Notes: generated by a model from the letters alone, not told the origin. A stretch of DNA of 63,382 bases, filler included, from Octopus bimaculoides (GCF_001194135.2; 6 parts of 6 records of this genome joined end to end with filler, not necessarily neighbours in it); one strand, 5' to 3'; positions 30,110-44,392 are shown, counted from the first letter of the whole stretch. A program made the numbers and translations.

Positions 30110-31214
30110 GGATTTAAAAACAGTCTGCGTAGGACCTATGCAACTTAAATTTTTCTAGGTTCATGACAGGAACCTAACTCATCCAGCTCAGATGATTGAT
30201 TCGGCTCATGGGGCCGAATCAAACTGTTTTCAAAAATACGAGCCCTAAATATAAACCCAGAAAAACATCATTCGCTCCCTACCACTTCCTCTAGTAATAT
30301 TACAATTATCATAGGAAAAAATCCTGGCCTTGATAGAAAAGTATTTCCCAGTTAACCATAAATACAGAAAAAAATTTAATCAACTTTCAGCGAAAATTTC
30401 ATACACCCGCTGTCCCAGTACGAAAGACATTATCAATTGCAGGCCACGCCCAAAACCACTCCAACCTGTAGCTTTAGGGGTTCTGAAGTTTGCCCATTGG
30501 ATTAGGCATGAAGCTGAAGGTATTAAGTAACTGTCACAGCAACACAACGTTAAGATATTATTAGCATCTGAGGTTCGAACTGTATCATCATTTTAAATAT
30601 CACTGATTATGCAAGCCATAATATGAAGGGTAATATTAAGTACATATTCTGTTGCTCTAGGTAACATCAGCTAATGTTACATCTAGCAATTTTTATTTTC
30701 TGATCTTCTATTTCTTTCAGTCATTGGAATACGGCCATACTGGGGCACCAATTAAGAAGGTTTTAGTCGAACAACTCGACTCCAGTACCTATTTTAAAAT
30801 CTGCTTGTTATTCCCTAGGCCACTCTTTCCGAACCACTAAGTTACTAGAACGAAACAAACATATATATGACGAGCTTGTACACAGTTTCCGTCTGGGAAG
30901 TTCACTCACAAGATATCGGCCTAACCAAGGCTATTGTAAAAGGCACTCGCCCATGGTTTCGCGCACTGTGACTGAACCCCAAACTGCGTGGTTAAAAAAG
31001 CGAGCTTCCTGCCCACACAGCCATGCCTAACGGAATGCTTATTAGCTGAAGCTAAGTTAACAGGGTTTAGCTCGTTTGCACTTGTATAAATTGTTGATCA
31101 ATTTAAGAACTGGGAAGGAGTGCGACACCATTTTGGAAATTCACAATTTTTTCTTATCAATTATCGTTATTATAAAGCGATTAATTTTTCTGTTTGTATA
31201 GAGTCATCGTGAAG

Positions 31215-31470
31215 GCTTGTGGCTTAGTAGTCAGGGAGTTGGACTCCTGACCTTAAGATTGTGGTTTCAATTTCTGGACCGAGTTCGGCGTTGTGTTCTT
31301 GAGCAAAACACTTTCCACGCAGCTGCAGTCCCCTCAGCTTCCAAAAATCAGTAATCCTGCGATGGACCAGCGTCCTGTCCATGGAAACCAGGAAACCGTC
31401 CCTATGTGTTCATATAGCTTGCGAAGGAACTATAACATCCTGTATATGGATTCAAGGAAGATCCATCCCA
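31215..31470 (+). mobile_element. SINE family 3 (tRNA-like head; other copies at 36420-36720 +, 56440-56650 -, 22090-22190 tail)
   Basis: Shared TAGTGGTTAGGG...GGTTCGATTCC head and GTTCTTGAGCAAAACACTT core, with tail GAAACCGGGCCCATGAGCCTGG. Confidence 0.75.
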
Positions 31471-31492
31471 AACGTTAGCTTCTTTAAAAGAC

Positions 31493-31537
<45 letters not shown>

Positions 31538-32349
31538 GAGAGTGGGTGAGAGAGAGAGAGAAAGAGAGAGAGAAAGAGAGAAAGAAAAGGAAGAGGTAGA
31601 TGAATAGATAATTTCTGAGATTTAGATTTTTTCTCACTAGATATCTAATATTTCAATTATTGCGGTCTGTACTAGAGAAAACATAATACATACTTAAGCG
31701 TTTTTATGACCCGAGGAGCGAGGCATATGTTTGACTCTTCTCACCAATGTGTGTATACTTATGGGCGTAGAATTAAATTCCAGTTCATGTATAAGGCATA
31801 ACAGAACGCCGTTTATGCTTTTGATGTGCCAATTATACCACAGCTCTTTTACCACGGTTCTTTTACCTTGGCGAATGGCCCATTGCCTTTTTACTCTGTG
31901 CTATATACCACTCGTTTTGTGATTATTCAATTCGCTCTTGATCTAGATATATCAGCTTCACAAACCTTGGTACTGGCATCAAATTTCCGGATGACAAATT
32001 CCAGTTCTTGTAAGAGTATTTCCATCCATTGGTCATGCTATCGGTTAATTGAGTAGAAATGAATAAAATATCAGTAGAGCTTCGAAAAATTAGCAGTTTG
32101 TAAAAAGATTCCACAAATAGAATACATACTTACATATCATTATGCATGTGCGTGCGTATGCGTACATGTATGTATATACATATATATACATATATATGTT
32201 TACGTATAATACGTCTGTGTATGCATGTATTATTAGGATGTGTATTGCTATGTGTACATAGAGATGAACATACACACGCAAACCAGCAGACTCAGCCCCA
32301 ACACGCACAACACATACAACACACAGGTACACAGAGACACAGACACAGC

Positions 32350-32408
<59 letters not shown>

Positions 32409-32410
32409 TC

Positions 32411-32441
<31 letters not shown>

Positions 32442-33894
32442 CNNNNNNNNNNNNNNNNNNNNNNNNNNNNNNNNNNNNNNNNNNNNNNNNNNNNNNNNNN
32501 NNNNNNNNNNNNNNNNNNNNNNNNNNNNNNNNNNNNNNNNNNNNNNNNNNNNNNNNNNNNNNNNNNNNNNNNNNNNNNNNNNNNNNNNNNNNNNNNNNNN
32601 NNNNNNNNNNNNNNNNNNNNNNNNNNNNNNNNNNNNNNNNNNNNNNNNNNNNNNNNNNNNNNNNNNNNNNNNNNNNNNNNNNNNNNNNNNNNNGTAAAAT
32701 AAGCTATAGAAAGAGGCATTACCTTTGATGGCTATCATACTTTTCCCTAATTGACAGGGAGGACGGTTATCACTGATCTCCATTTATCTACGAAAAGTTT
32801 CTCAGATGTCGCGTAAACGCCATACTGTGATAAACTGTTTCACTTGCTGGTCAAAACCACGTGAAGATGTGATGTTGGCTCGGCATCACTGGACGTATTA
32901 CATCAATGACTGAGTCATTTATCAGATCGAATAAAAGTTATCAGGCTCAAATTTGACAATCACGCGTTCCTGACCGAGCCGAGTCACACAGCTGGAAAGC
33001 AATCATTTATGATTAAACGTGGTGTAAGACAGGATACCATCAGGGTTTCATGCCCAAGCACAAACTGTATATCGGAGTGCACCGAGTCTGATATAGAGAT
33101 ACTGTTGTGTTTTTTCTTTATCATGTCGTACGTACGATCTCTCACAAGGAAGCATGAGATGAAATTTTGTTCTCTGCATCAGAAAGAGTGTTAAATTTAA
33201 GTAGGTGCCTGTGCCGTGTATTTAAGACAGATACAGCGTGAACGGGTATGGTAAGTTTACTATTGGCAACCTGACAAAGAACATTGATAGCAGAGAATAC
33301 ATCACGATTTCCACAAGGACTACGAAACCGCAATCTAGATGAGAATATTAAGAAATCACGTATGAGGTGGAGAGATACAGCTAATACTATTCTGGCTCTG
33401 TGAAATTAGATAGAATAAAAGAAGACTGGGGAAAAGACGGTGTTGTTTTAATTTTTTTCGAAATTTAGTATTTGTATAATATGGATAAACTACAGTAAGT
33501 ATTGCAAGGTGTATAAGGTTTTCCTTTGTTTATAAAAGTTCAGCTGATATTGCAAGTTATGTTGATACGTTTGGAGAAACTTACATATTTCGTTATACAT
33601 ACGTTTAATCGACTTCGTTGTTTCTTCATGCATAACTATGTTGAATATATCGCGTTTTAAGATTATTTGCTCTCAAACTCGTGTAGTATATTCCGTTTTG
33701 TTTACTGTTCTGCATGTAAGTAGCCTGACAGTTAACATTCTTTGCGTTATGATTTTGTCGATTACAATTACCCATTATTTTTACATTCGTTGAGGATGAA
33801 ATATTAATTATCAGTTCAACCATGCAACATCCAACTTTAGAAGTATAACCCGTTTGCATCTGAAGATGGGAAAGAAACAAATGCTTCTTTGATC

Positions 33895-34060
33895 TTAATT
33901 GATATATTTAATCAAAATAATACAACTCCAACTTATTGATACAATATTCCCATCTATTTGACAAATTGTTGTTCCTTTGGTCATAAAATACTTCAGGCGT
34001 TTTTAACCTCTTCAAAATTAATAAACCATTTGCTTCTAAATAATGTTGCAACGATTTGAA
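33895..34060 (-). mobile_element. Decayed mariner transposase C-terminal relic
   Basis: Minus-strand pieces LQHYLE..FINFEEVKNA..NRWEYCINK..YYFD* resemble the mariner C-terminus. The relic is frameshifted and internally deleted. Confidence 0.4.
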
Positions 34061-35242
34061 CAGTCAGATGAAGAAAAATCAGGAAAGTAAGAAGAATTTC
34101 ATATTTAGTCGCATAATCCTTTCCCACGTGACTTGCACAATACGTGGTCTTGCATTATTGTATGATAGCAACACACCTCTAGAATTGACCAATGATGAGC
34201 ACTTTTCTGCAAAGTTTTTGTGCAGCGCATTAACTGTTTAATTTTAGTTTAACACTTCATAATAGACAGACACCTTTCATATCCTACCAAAAACACAGAC
34301 CATAACTACTCTTGTGAGAAGCGCTAGTTTGAAGATGTTCTCTACTTTTTGTTGACTGTTGCGTTTTGTCGCTTTCGTTGGATATAATTATAAAGGACGC
34401 ACTTTACACTAGTTGGAATGATTCTACGCAGGAAAGATTCAGCACAAGTCTACCCCTCAACGGCGAGCAGAGGGCAACCGCGATTTAGTTGACAGGCAGT
34501 TATATTATGAAAAACTCACAGAAAACGTTTAAATAGGTTTCCTATTCCGTAAAAGTGTGACTTGAATTGAACTGCTCTGCTATTTCTCGTGCAGTTTGCT
34601 TTGCATTTTCTTCAACCACGGTTTTCAGAAGCTCTATATTTACAGAAAACAGCCGCCCAGAATCAATGGAATCTGTAAAAAGAAAAAAAGAATGCCCGAA
34701 TACTTAAAGATTCAGTCCCTTAGACAGAAAAAATATTTCTTGCCGATTCAATTGTTGCAGTCAGATTAGAAATCCTATTGCTTGCAATGTCTGATTTGGG
34801 TCTGAGTCCAAATGCAGTTTCAAAGCTGAAAACAACACGAATTTAAGCACTACGGCATGAAGTCATCTCTAAAGAAAGTAAGAAAAACTTTAGAATGTAA
34901 ATATTTATGCTAAGTATTGAAAGACTAGCCGCAGAATTGATCAAGGGAAAAATGCAACAGAGCTTTCTTTCCAGTGTTATATATGTATATATTCATAATT
35001 ATACACATACACGTATATATATATGTACATAGAGACAAATACACACACATACACACACACATATCTATATACATGTATGTGTCTTCCAATATAGGTACAT
35101 GTAGTTTATATATCCACATTGCTTTCAACACAGTAATTTCGGTAAACATAGACGAGGTAAGTTGCTTTAAAGGACAGTGCTATTCGTCAGATATTTATTG
35201 ATTCGCATATATAGGTATGCGTGTACGTACACATGTGTCTTT

Positions 35243-35292
<50 letters not shown>

Positions 35293-36714
35293 CAGAGACA
35301 GATTGGAAGACAAAGAGAACATGGTACGTTTGTATGCATTTATCTAATATACAAATATTGAATAAAATTCATAAAATTTCATAATGTTACATTGCCTGGT
35401 TATTATATACCATTTTCACTATATTTGCCACTATGTAATTAGGAAATATTCCATGCTCAAGATATATGATATTCTGGAATGATTTTCAACGACATTTAAT
35501 TTTGTATTTTATCCTTCTGTGGACGATAAAATTTGTTACTCGCATAGTGAGAGGTCGATTCAATATATTCATTGTATTACATTACATTACATTTCACAGT
35601 TGTAGACTAATGTCAATATTAAATGTCCCGGTCATGTTTATCATCGTCAACATAAGTTTTCAATGCTGTCAAAATCGTAGTTGTAGACTTCGTCATCGTC
35701 GTCCTTATCGGCTTCGTCGCGTTCGCCGTCGTCGTCATCATCTTCCACCGTCACTGTCATTATCCTCGTCGTTCTCATAATCATCATCTTCAGCGCTACC
35801 ATCATCCGCATCATAGGCGTAAAAGACGTCATCACCTTCAACATTATAATTGTCCTTGACGTTTCGTCGTCGTCAACACCGTCGTCGTCATCATCGCTAT
35901 TACTCTTTCCATCTTCTTCTGCTTCCCCTTCATCCTTCCTCTTTTTTCTCCACTTCCGTCTCCTCTTCTTCATTCTCTTCTTCCCTCTCTGCTTTCTCGT
36001 CTTCTCCCCACCCTTCCACCTCCTATTTTCCCTCTCCCTCCTCTTCCACCGCCTCTTAATATATATANNNNNNNNNNNNNNNNNNNNNNNNNNNNNNNNN
36101 NNNNNNNNNNNNNNNNNNNNNNNNNNNNNNNNNNNNNNNNNNNNNNNNNNNNNNNNNNNNNNNNNNNNNNNNNNNNNNNNNNNNNNNNNNNNNNNNNNNN
36201 NNNNNNNNNNNNNNNNNNNNNNNNNNNNNNNNNNNNNNNNNNNNNNNNNNNNNNNNNNNNNNNNNNNNNNNNNNNNNNNNNNNNNNNNNNGATATATGTA
36301 TAATATATATATATATATGATATATGTATAATATATATATATATATATATATATATTTCTAAGAGATATTAGATAGATAGATACATACATACATACATAC
36401 ATACATACATACATGTGAATGCGCATAGCATAGTGGTTAGGGTGTTGCGCTCACGATCACGAGATCGTGGGTTCGATTCCTAGACAGGACCTTGCGTTTT
36501 GTTCTTGAGCAAAGCACTTCATTTCACGTTGCCCTGAGATCATATCGAAATCTGACATGTGGCACATGGTGCATCTTTACAGGTAATGTCGATTTTATGG
36601 AGGGAGTGATCTCATGTGTGCACAAACATTCGATTATTATAAACAAATCATTTGTATGTTTGTTCGGCAAGAAATTGCCGGTCCCTCATATGTTGTCTAA
36701 CGACGGAAGTGTCC

Positions 36715-36794
<80 letters not shown>

Positions 36795-36803
36795 CAGACA
36801 GAA

Positions 36804-36856
<53 letters not shown>

Positions 36857-37187
36857 TGATTGTATAAGTTACAATTATACTTAAGGACACAAAAGCTATC
36901 ATGCCTATATGCTGAAAGGAGACGCCAAATACGTCCTACCACTTCCAATGTTCAGTCCACATATATTTTACACAGGTTGAAAGTGGGAAAGCAGACTGAC
37001 TAAAAATTCATAAAATAATTAAAATTGTTGGATCGATCAATTTCTGGATTAGTTTGGTCATTATGACACGTTTTCTACAGATGGAGAAAGAAAGTATTAA
37101 TAAATCAAAAATTTATGTTGTTTGGTATTTGATATGCTTGTGCCTGCCCATGTAGTTCAAATACATGCCGCTTCTCACTTGGTGAAC

Positions 37188-37240
<53 letters not shown>

Positions 37241-38260
37241 TACATGTTTTAAATGATTGATAGCTAGAAAATTTATTAGTTCAACAATCGTTTTGGTTTC
37301 ATTCTACACCGCTCTCTAGTGGGCGTAGGATGATGTAATGCTATTAGTTGCAACATTTGGTCCAAATGAGTCGCATCAGGTGACGTAACACGTTTCAAAA
37401 TTTACCAGATGAACATTTAATTTTTCGCTCCAAATGATATGCTTGTGGTTAGATGCTAACAGTTCACACACACAGAGAAACACACTCACACACACATGTA
37501 GATAGACGATGTACGTAATTCTACGAATATATATAATTCTACGATTCTTACTAAGAGCATTTTGGATTTAAACGGAAAACTATGATATGAAGTGATCCAT
37601 TATTAGTACAATACTGGTAATTTTAAAGGCCTTGAGGAAATATAATATATAATTACTTCTAAATTACTATTATTAAACTGTAGAAATAATTTTACATTGA
37701 AATTCTGTGATAAATATAGAAAAGCATTTAAATATTTCAGTAATAAATAACTTGTTAATTATTATTGCTTTTCCTATAATCTAATATGCACACTTTTTCT
37801 TTAATTTTTTTTTTTTTTTGTATATTTAATAGATAGATAACTAATTGTCGTGATGTAGAATTTCTGCTTCTGCTTGTCGTGACTCAGTATTTCCATCTAT
37901 ATTTTTTATTCTTTTGTTATTTACTGACTTCATCAAAAGTTAAATACAAGACTAGCTTTTCTTATAAAATTATATTACTTCTTAACGTTCATCTATTCAA
38001 GATATTTTCTTAGTTCGTTTTGAATTTAGCCCGTTTTGCATTGCTTTGATGACGTTGTAGAAACAGACATTTTTCAGATATATTAATTTGACTGGTATTT
38101 TACAACTTTTTGCAATATCGAAGTATGCTAACACAATAGAAACGATGGCCTGTAATGTGATTTAAATTAAAGATGTGATATTCTTCATTCTTATTCTTGT
38201 TGTCTTACTCCAAATTTAAAAGATATATGTATATATATATACAGTCTGTTAAAGTCTGTC

Positions 38261-38310
38261 ATACCGGCCATGACGAAGGGAAATAGCACTGAAACTCGAG
38301 TCGCCTTTAT
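38261..38310 (+). ncRNA. Degenerate minimal type I hammerhead ribozyme motif (Penelope-like element relic)
   Basis: GGC-CATGACGA-AGGG aaatag CACT-GAAAC-TCGA-GTC-GCC. The order of core boxes is correct and the stem III tetraloop is palindromic, but there is an extra A in the CUGANGA box and a mismatch in stem II. Confidence 0.5.
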
Positions 38311-38620
38311 ATATATATATTTATATTTATATATTTATATATTTGATCCTTTATATTGAACACTCAATATTTCATCTACATTCAATACTTTCTTTCATGG
38401 TGCCATCCATTTTTATTTTATTTTATTTTATATTGTATATTGTATATCATATTATATTATATATTGTATATTCCATATTCTATACCCCACATTAGTTCTG
38501 CAGGAATATAAATAAAACATAAAAAACAGACAGTGTTGGAACTCTTTTAAGCAAAATAATATATTCCTCTATACACAATCATCCCAAAAAACCCACCTTT
38601 TTTGTATTTATTTTTACTCG

Positions 38621-38652
<32 letters not shown>

Positions 38653-38850
38653 CTAGCAGTAATACCCGTCGTTGATCGGGTAATTCCTTTTACTGTTACT
38701 CGGGCCGAGAAGCTAGGAAATAGGTGTATCATATGGAAAAATAGCTTTACGGAATCCAGTTGACTGCAATAGCTTTGAAAAGGCTGCAGCTCAAGTGGAA
38801 CATCACTGCTCATGTAGAAAAATCCTAGCGCGTCATGCATTTGTTTAATG
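38653..38850 (-). mobile_element. Helitron 3' terminus
   Basis: On the minus strand a TACCCG/CGGGTA hairpin (38663-38682) is followed 6 nt later by CTAG and then T of a (TA)n target. Upstream extent is uncertain. Confidence 0.6.
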
Positions 38851-39416
38851 CTCGTTTATTATTTTTACAATCTTTTTTTCGTAGACTACTTTTACTGATA
38901 TTAAAAAATGAAATTTCAGATGCTGTGTCCTGTCAGTGTTAGTGCTGAAATTCCGACGGTATATTAGAGGAACGGAAGGCAAGGCAACAGTATGTAATAG
39001 CCCAATGAAATTACAAATGCTGTGTCTTGTCAGTCAGATTTATCCTTACTCGTCCCGTCCTATATATGTGTGTATTATATTAAAAAAATACATATAATAA
39101 ATGAAATAGAAAAAAATGAATTTCATATACGAATTTCTGTTTGTTCTTCGAGTAGCAATTCAACAACTTTTAGTGTTTGGCCCGTACTTTTATTGAATCT
39201 CATAGCAAAAGAAAGTGGGATAGGAAACTAAGGGCTTAAATTAGATGGTATAACTGGTATGCGAGGAACGAAGACAGTGTCATGTTTACCACAACCATTG
39301 AAAATATTTGCCTCAATGTAGTCTGTTTTAGGTTTGTGCACAATAGGTGTTGCCTCCTTGGAACCATTTATTTTCTCTTTATGGGACAAACACACAAACG
39401 GACAGAATTTCTCTTT

Positions 39417-39447
<31 letters not shown>

Positions 39448-39470
39448 TGTGTGTATACGTACATGCACAG

Positions 39471-39557
<87 letters not shown>

Positions 39558-39902
39558 TACACACACACACGCTCACATATATTTATATTGTGTGTGTGAA
39601 TGGACGTATGTATGTATTTCCGTGTGTATGCATGTTTATGCACGAACGAGCGCGTGAATGTGAGCATGTGTGGGTGGAGAAGAATTTCTCAACTGAAGTA
39701 AGTTGCCTTTTAGCACATATCTTTGCATTAGTATCAGACGGAAATTTAGGGAAAAATTTTGCATAACCGATGACCTGTAGAGTTTGTATATTTATATAAC
39801 GAGAGACTTTAGTACATTTAAATATCGATGAAATAGGTGGAGGCAGAGAAACAGACAGCGAGCTAGCGAGGTGGATAGATACATATATATAGAGAGATAG
39901 AT

Positions 39903-39954
<52 letters not shown>

Positions 39955-40133
39955 TCACAAGCATACAGAAAGATAGAGAATCAGACTGATAGTCAGATAT
40001 AGGTAGATAGATAGATAGATACATACATACATACATACATACATACATACATACATACAGGTAAGTAGGTAGGTAGGTAGGTTGGTAGGCAGGCAGGTAG
40101 GTAGGTAGGTAGGTAGGTAGGTAGGTAGGTTGG

Positions 40134-40201
<68 letters not shown>

Positions 40202-40334
40202 GTGAGAGTTTTGCACGGGGGGATGATAGATATTTTAAAAGAAACCATATAGGTCACTCATAACTTTTCTTTACAGGTTTAAATTCGAAGACAGATCACG
40301 CTTCTCAAAGTTCAGAGAAAGAGAGAGAGAGAGG

Positions 40335-40374
<40 letters not shown>

Positions 40375-41187
40375 AAAAGACTGACAGACAAAGAGAGAGA
40401 GAGAGAGAGAGAGAGTACAATAAAATACTTCCAGACGAAGTCACAGGGAGAAATTAATAAACCTACGATAAATATTCTTGACTGATTGATAGCTTGATAT
40501 ATAGAGGAGTGAAGTGGAGAATGCCTGGAAGCCGGGAAGGTAGGGGAACAAGAAAGAAGGAAGATTGAAGGGCAAATATGTAGAAATCTGCACAACGTTA
40601 TAGCTTTAAGCCAAATATACGTCGATAGTGTATTATGTTTATTATATTACTATTCCAATGGTGCAATGTCCAAGTGATTATAAAAACGTATAGACGTGCA
40701 TTCCTTCCTTCCTTTCTTCTTTTATTCATTCCTTCGTTCATACCCGGGTAAAATATTGCATGTATTCAAGTGTAATCCACTTAGACCTGCTTGTCTAAGG
40801 CTTCTTTCGATAATTACAAAGCCGGTATTTCAGAGTAACAGTTAACAACCATTACACAAGTTATTTGCAGTCGGGCATTACGTGGCATTAGTTATGTATG
40901 ATGTCTACAGCGTAATTACGGTTCAACTTGTGTGTGCTTTCCTTGCAAGCAGAAAAGATAAATGACTGAGACATTTAAGAGAGAATGAGAAACAAATCTA
41001 GAGTAAAGATTTCTGTAACAGGACAAATACCGCCATCACAAATGTCAATTTATCAACGAGAACGATAAAACACACGAACGTAAGATTGTACGTTACACGC
41101 GACAGCATAATTCTAGAAATATTTCATAATTGACTATTATACTTCAATTTACGGAATATCGTTGGTAATAGGTATGCATACAAGTGC

Positions 41188-41220
<33 letters not shown>

Positions 41221-41268
41221 AAGTACACACACAGATAGATAGAGAGGTAGATACGTATTTATGCATGT

Positions 41269-41340
<72 letters not shown>

Positions 41341-42018
41341 AGAGTAATTGTATAAATCATGTAAATAAGTATATGTACGTGCATACACACACACACACTC
41401 ATATATATGTGTATATATATATTCATACATAGATGTATACACATAGTCACACGTATGTGTGTATGTATGTATGTAGGTAGGTAGGTAGATATGGTAGGTA
41501 GATAGGTAGGCATGGTTGCAGGAAATTTTTGTATTAAACATGAATACATGCAATTTTCCTTGACCGTTTTCCATCTATTAAAGTAGTTAACTTTTTGTAG
41601 TTTTCCGTCTGCCTGCCCATTGTTCTTCCTTTAGAATTATACAGAACGGAGTTTCGAACCCAAGTAATGCGTACTTTTTATATTGCAGAAATGGAAATTT
41701 ACCTCTTTTGCCCCACTTTTGTATAAATCTCTAATGTAAAATATAAAGTAACGATTCGGTTCTTTTAACATTCAATATTCTATATACGAGTTTATATTTT
41801 CTTATTCATTTTGCTTGTTTCAGTCACAGTACTGAAGCCAAGCTTGGGTACCATCTTGAAAGGCTTAATGAAACAAATCCACCCCAGTACATACTCTTTA
41901 ACGTCTAGCACTCATTCTAACGGCCTTTGTACCCGAGCGAGCGGATAAGTTTTCAAATTTTGGGAGTGGACAAGCACAGACATAGACACTGTCACACACA
42001 TGTGCGCGCGCATATATA

Positions 42019-42070
<52 letters not shown>

Positions 42071-42419
42071 ATTGTGTGGAAATCCTTTATATATATATAT
42101 ATATATNNNNNNNNNNNNNNNNNNNNNNNNNNNNNNNNNNNNNNNNNNNNAAGTTGTTGACCCAGAGCTATCGTAAAAACATATACCCAAAATACCTTTC
42201 GTTGGAATTGAACCTTTAACCGCATAATTGTAAAGTGAGCTCCTTTTACCACACAGATATGCCGGATATGCTGCGCATATTATCCTTTCCTTTCTTCTTT
42301 TCTTTTTTTTTTCGTTCACATAATCTGTGTACGGACGTTTAGGTATCTTTATGTCCCGTCAGTATAAATGATGTTCAAATTTATAATGAGAGTGGATTTT
42401 AAGGCGATGTTCTGACAGA

Positions 42420-43150
42420 AACGTTAAAACACCGGGCGAAATGCTTAGCAACATTTCGTCTGTCTTTATGTTCTGAGTTCAAATTCCGCAGAGTTCGACT
42501 TTGGCTTTCATCCTTTCGGGGGTCAAGAAATTAAGTACCAGTTGCGTACTGAGTCGATCTAATTGACTGCCCCCTCCCCCCAAATTTCGACCCCAGTGTT
42601 CACCTGAGACTTATCTTCTCGATCCCAAAAGAATGAAAAGCTAAGTCAACCCCGGCAGAGTTTGAATTCAGAACGTGAGGACGGACGAAATGCTGCTAAT
42701 CATTTTTTCCGGTGTCCTAACGATTCTGCCAGCTACCCGCCTTCATTGAATGTTAAATCGATAAAATTGTGTGACTGGGGAAAGTGGTGAGCAGGTAGAA
42801 TCGTTAGACCGCGGGGCAAATTGCTTTTCATTTCTGAATTCAAATTTCACTGAGGTCGACTTTAGCTTTCATCCCTTTCGGATTCGTTAAATTGAGTACT
42901 GGTTGAGCACTTGGGTCGTTCTAATCGACTTACAACCTTCCCCGAATTAGTTAGCCTTGTACCGAAATTTGAAACCAATATTTGTCAGTTTTAACCTGAA
43001 GTTAATTTTTTAGATTTATGTAAAGAACGAAGGTGACGAGCTGGCAGAATTATTTGCCAATTAATTACGGGAGTCGATGTAATTGACTTGCCATCCTTCC
43101 CCAAAGTTTGAAACTCTTTATTCCTGACCACCTTTGCCCAAGGTGACCAA
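42420..43150. mobile_element. Cluster of four SINE family 2 copies in mixed orientation
   Basis: The GAGTTCAAATT...GTCGACTTT...CATCCTTTCGG core recurs at ~42470 (+), ~42600-42740 (-), ~42835 (+) and ~43030 (+). Confidence 0.75.
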
Positions 43151-44392
43151 GAATAACTGAAACTGGATAACGGGTCGAAGAGTAGTACAATCGTCCATCG
43201 AATAGTCTTCGTTCCGTAATATTAGAACGTTTTTCACCGCGGAAATCCATACAATCTAACAAGCTTTTCAGGAATTTAACAAAAAATAGAATCATCCAAC
43301 CAATTAAAATCTCATCAAATTTGAATAAAATTCTCATTTGACTAATTTGCTATATTCATGCATAAACATTCGGGTACACACAAACACATACCCTCATACA
43401 CATGTCCAGACATGCATACAAACACATTATTAAAAACTGCAGGATGTTGAATGATTACACTGAGTTTCATATGATTTATTATTCAAACGATTGATGAAGA
43501 GACGCAGTGCAGAAATACGTAAAAGAAGACGTTTGTAACAATATTGAAAAATGATTAATAATCCAGTATTAATTAGCTGCCACCCACCTAACAAGGAGGT
43601 TAGTGTATGAATTTTATGCATAAATGAAGCTATTCCTTTGGTAGGCGCAAAACATCTGATATATTTATTCTTCACATGCAAAACACGTATTGTATTCATG
43701 TCTTCACTGATGTAATTGTAAAACACACATGAACAAGAAAGGTGGTTTATGCTATGGTAATTTTAGCGAAAAATATAATCGCTTATTTTTAAATAACCAT
43801 TTGGCAGTATAAGGTTATTCTGTTATGTTGCTAATGAACTACTTTTGAGAGATGGTACATGTAAATTCTACAAGAAATATTAATGGAGGTTACTTCAAGA
43901 ATTTATTACCTCTGATTAATTCTCTGATTTTTCCTTTTTTTTATTGTTATAAATTCCAAAACTTTGTAGTAGGATTTAATACTTTTCCGAAAAAAAAAGC
44001 TACATTTTAGGTCCATTAACGTAGACAGACAGATAATTTATAATAAACCAATCGATTTCAAAATTGCTAATATACTGCCAGTCATTTAAACTCCAGATAT
44101 ATTTGGAGAGTGGAGTGGTAAACTGTTTTTTCTTTCATTTCCGTGTGTATATATATATTACTATAAATGCTTCGTATTACATGCATTATATGGGCTACTA
44201 GCAGTTACACATACATAAGTACGTTCATGAGGCGATGATTGAACTATGCAACTAAGGATTTTACGTTTAAATAGAGGGCAGGTGTGAAGTGATACACAAG
44301 GAAACAAGATCCTCTACTTTCTCTAGCAGCATCGAAATATATATATATGTATCAGAGCTGCGAGAAACATTTTTTATTGGAATTTTCTCTAA

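Noticed and set aside
35647-36426. Acidic/basic D-E-K-R-rich minus-strand ORF
   Set aside because: It is made of low-complexity TCA/TCG/CT repeats joined across an N-gap and TA repeats.
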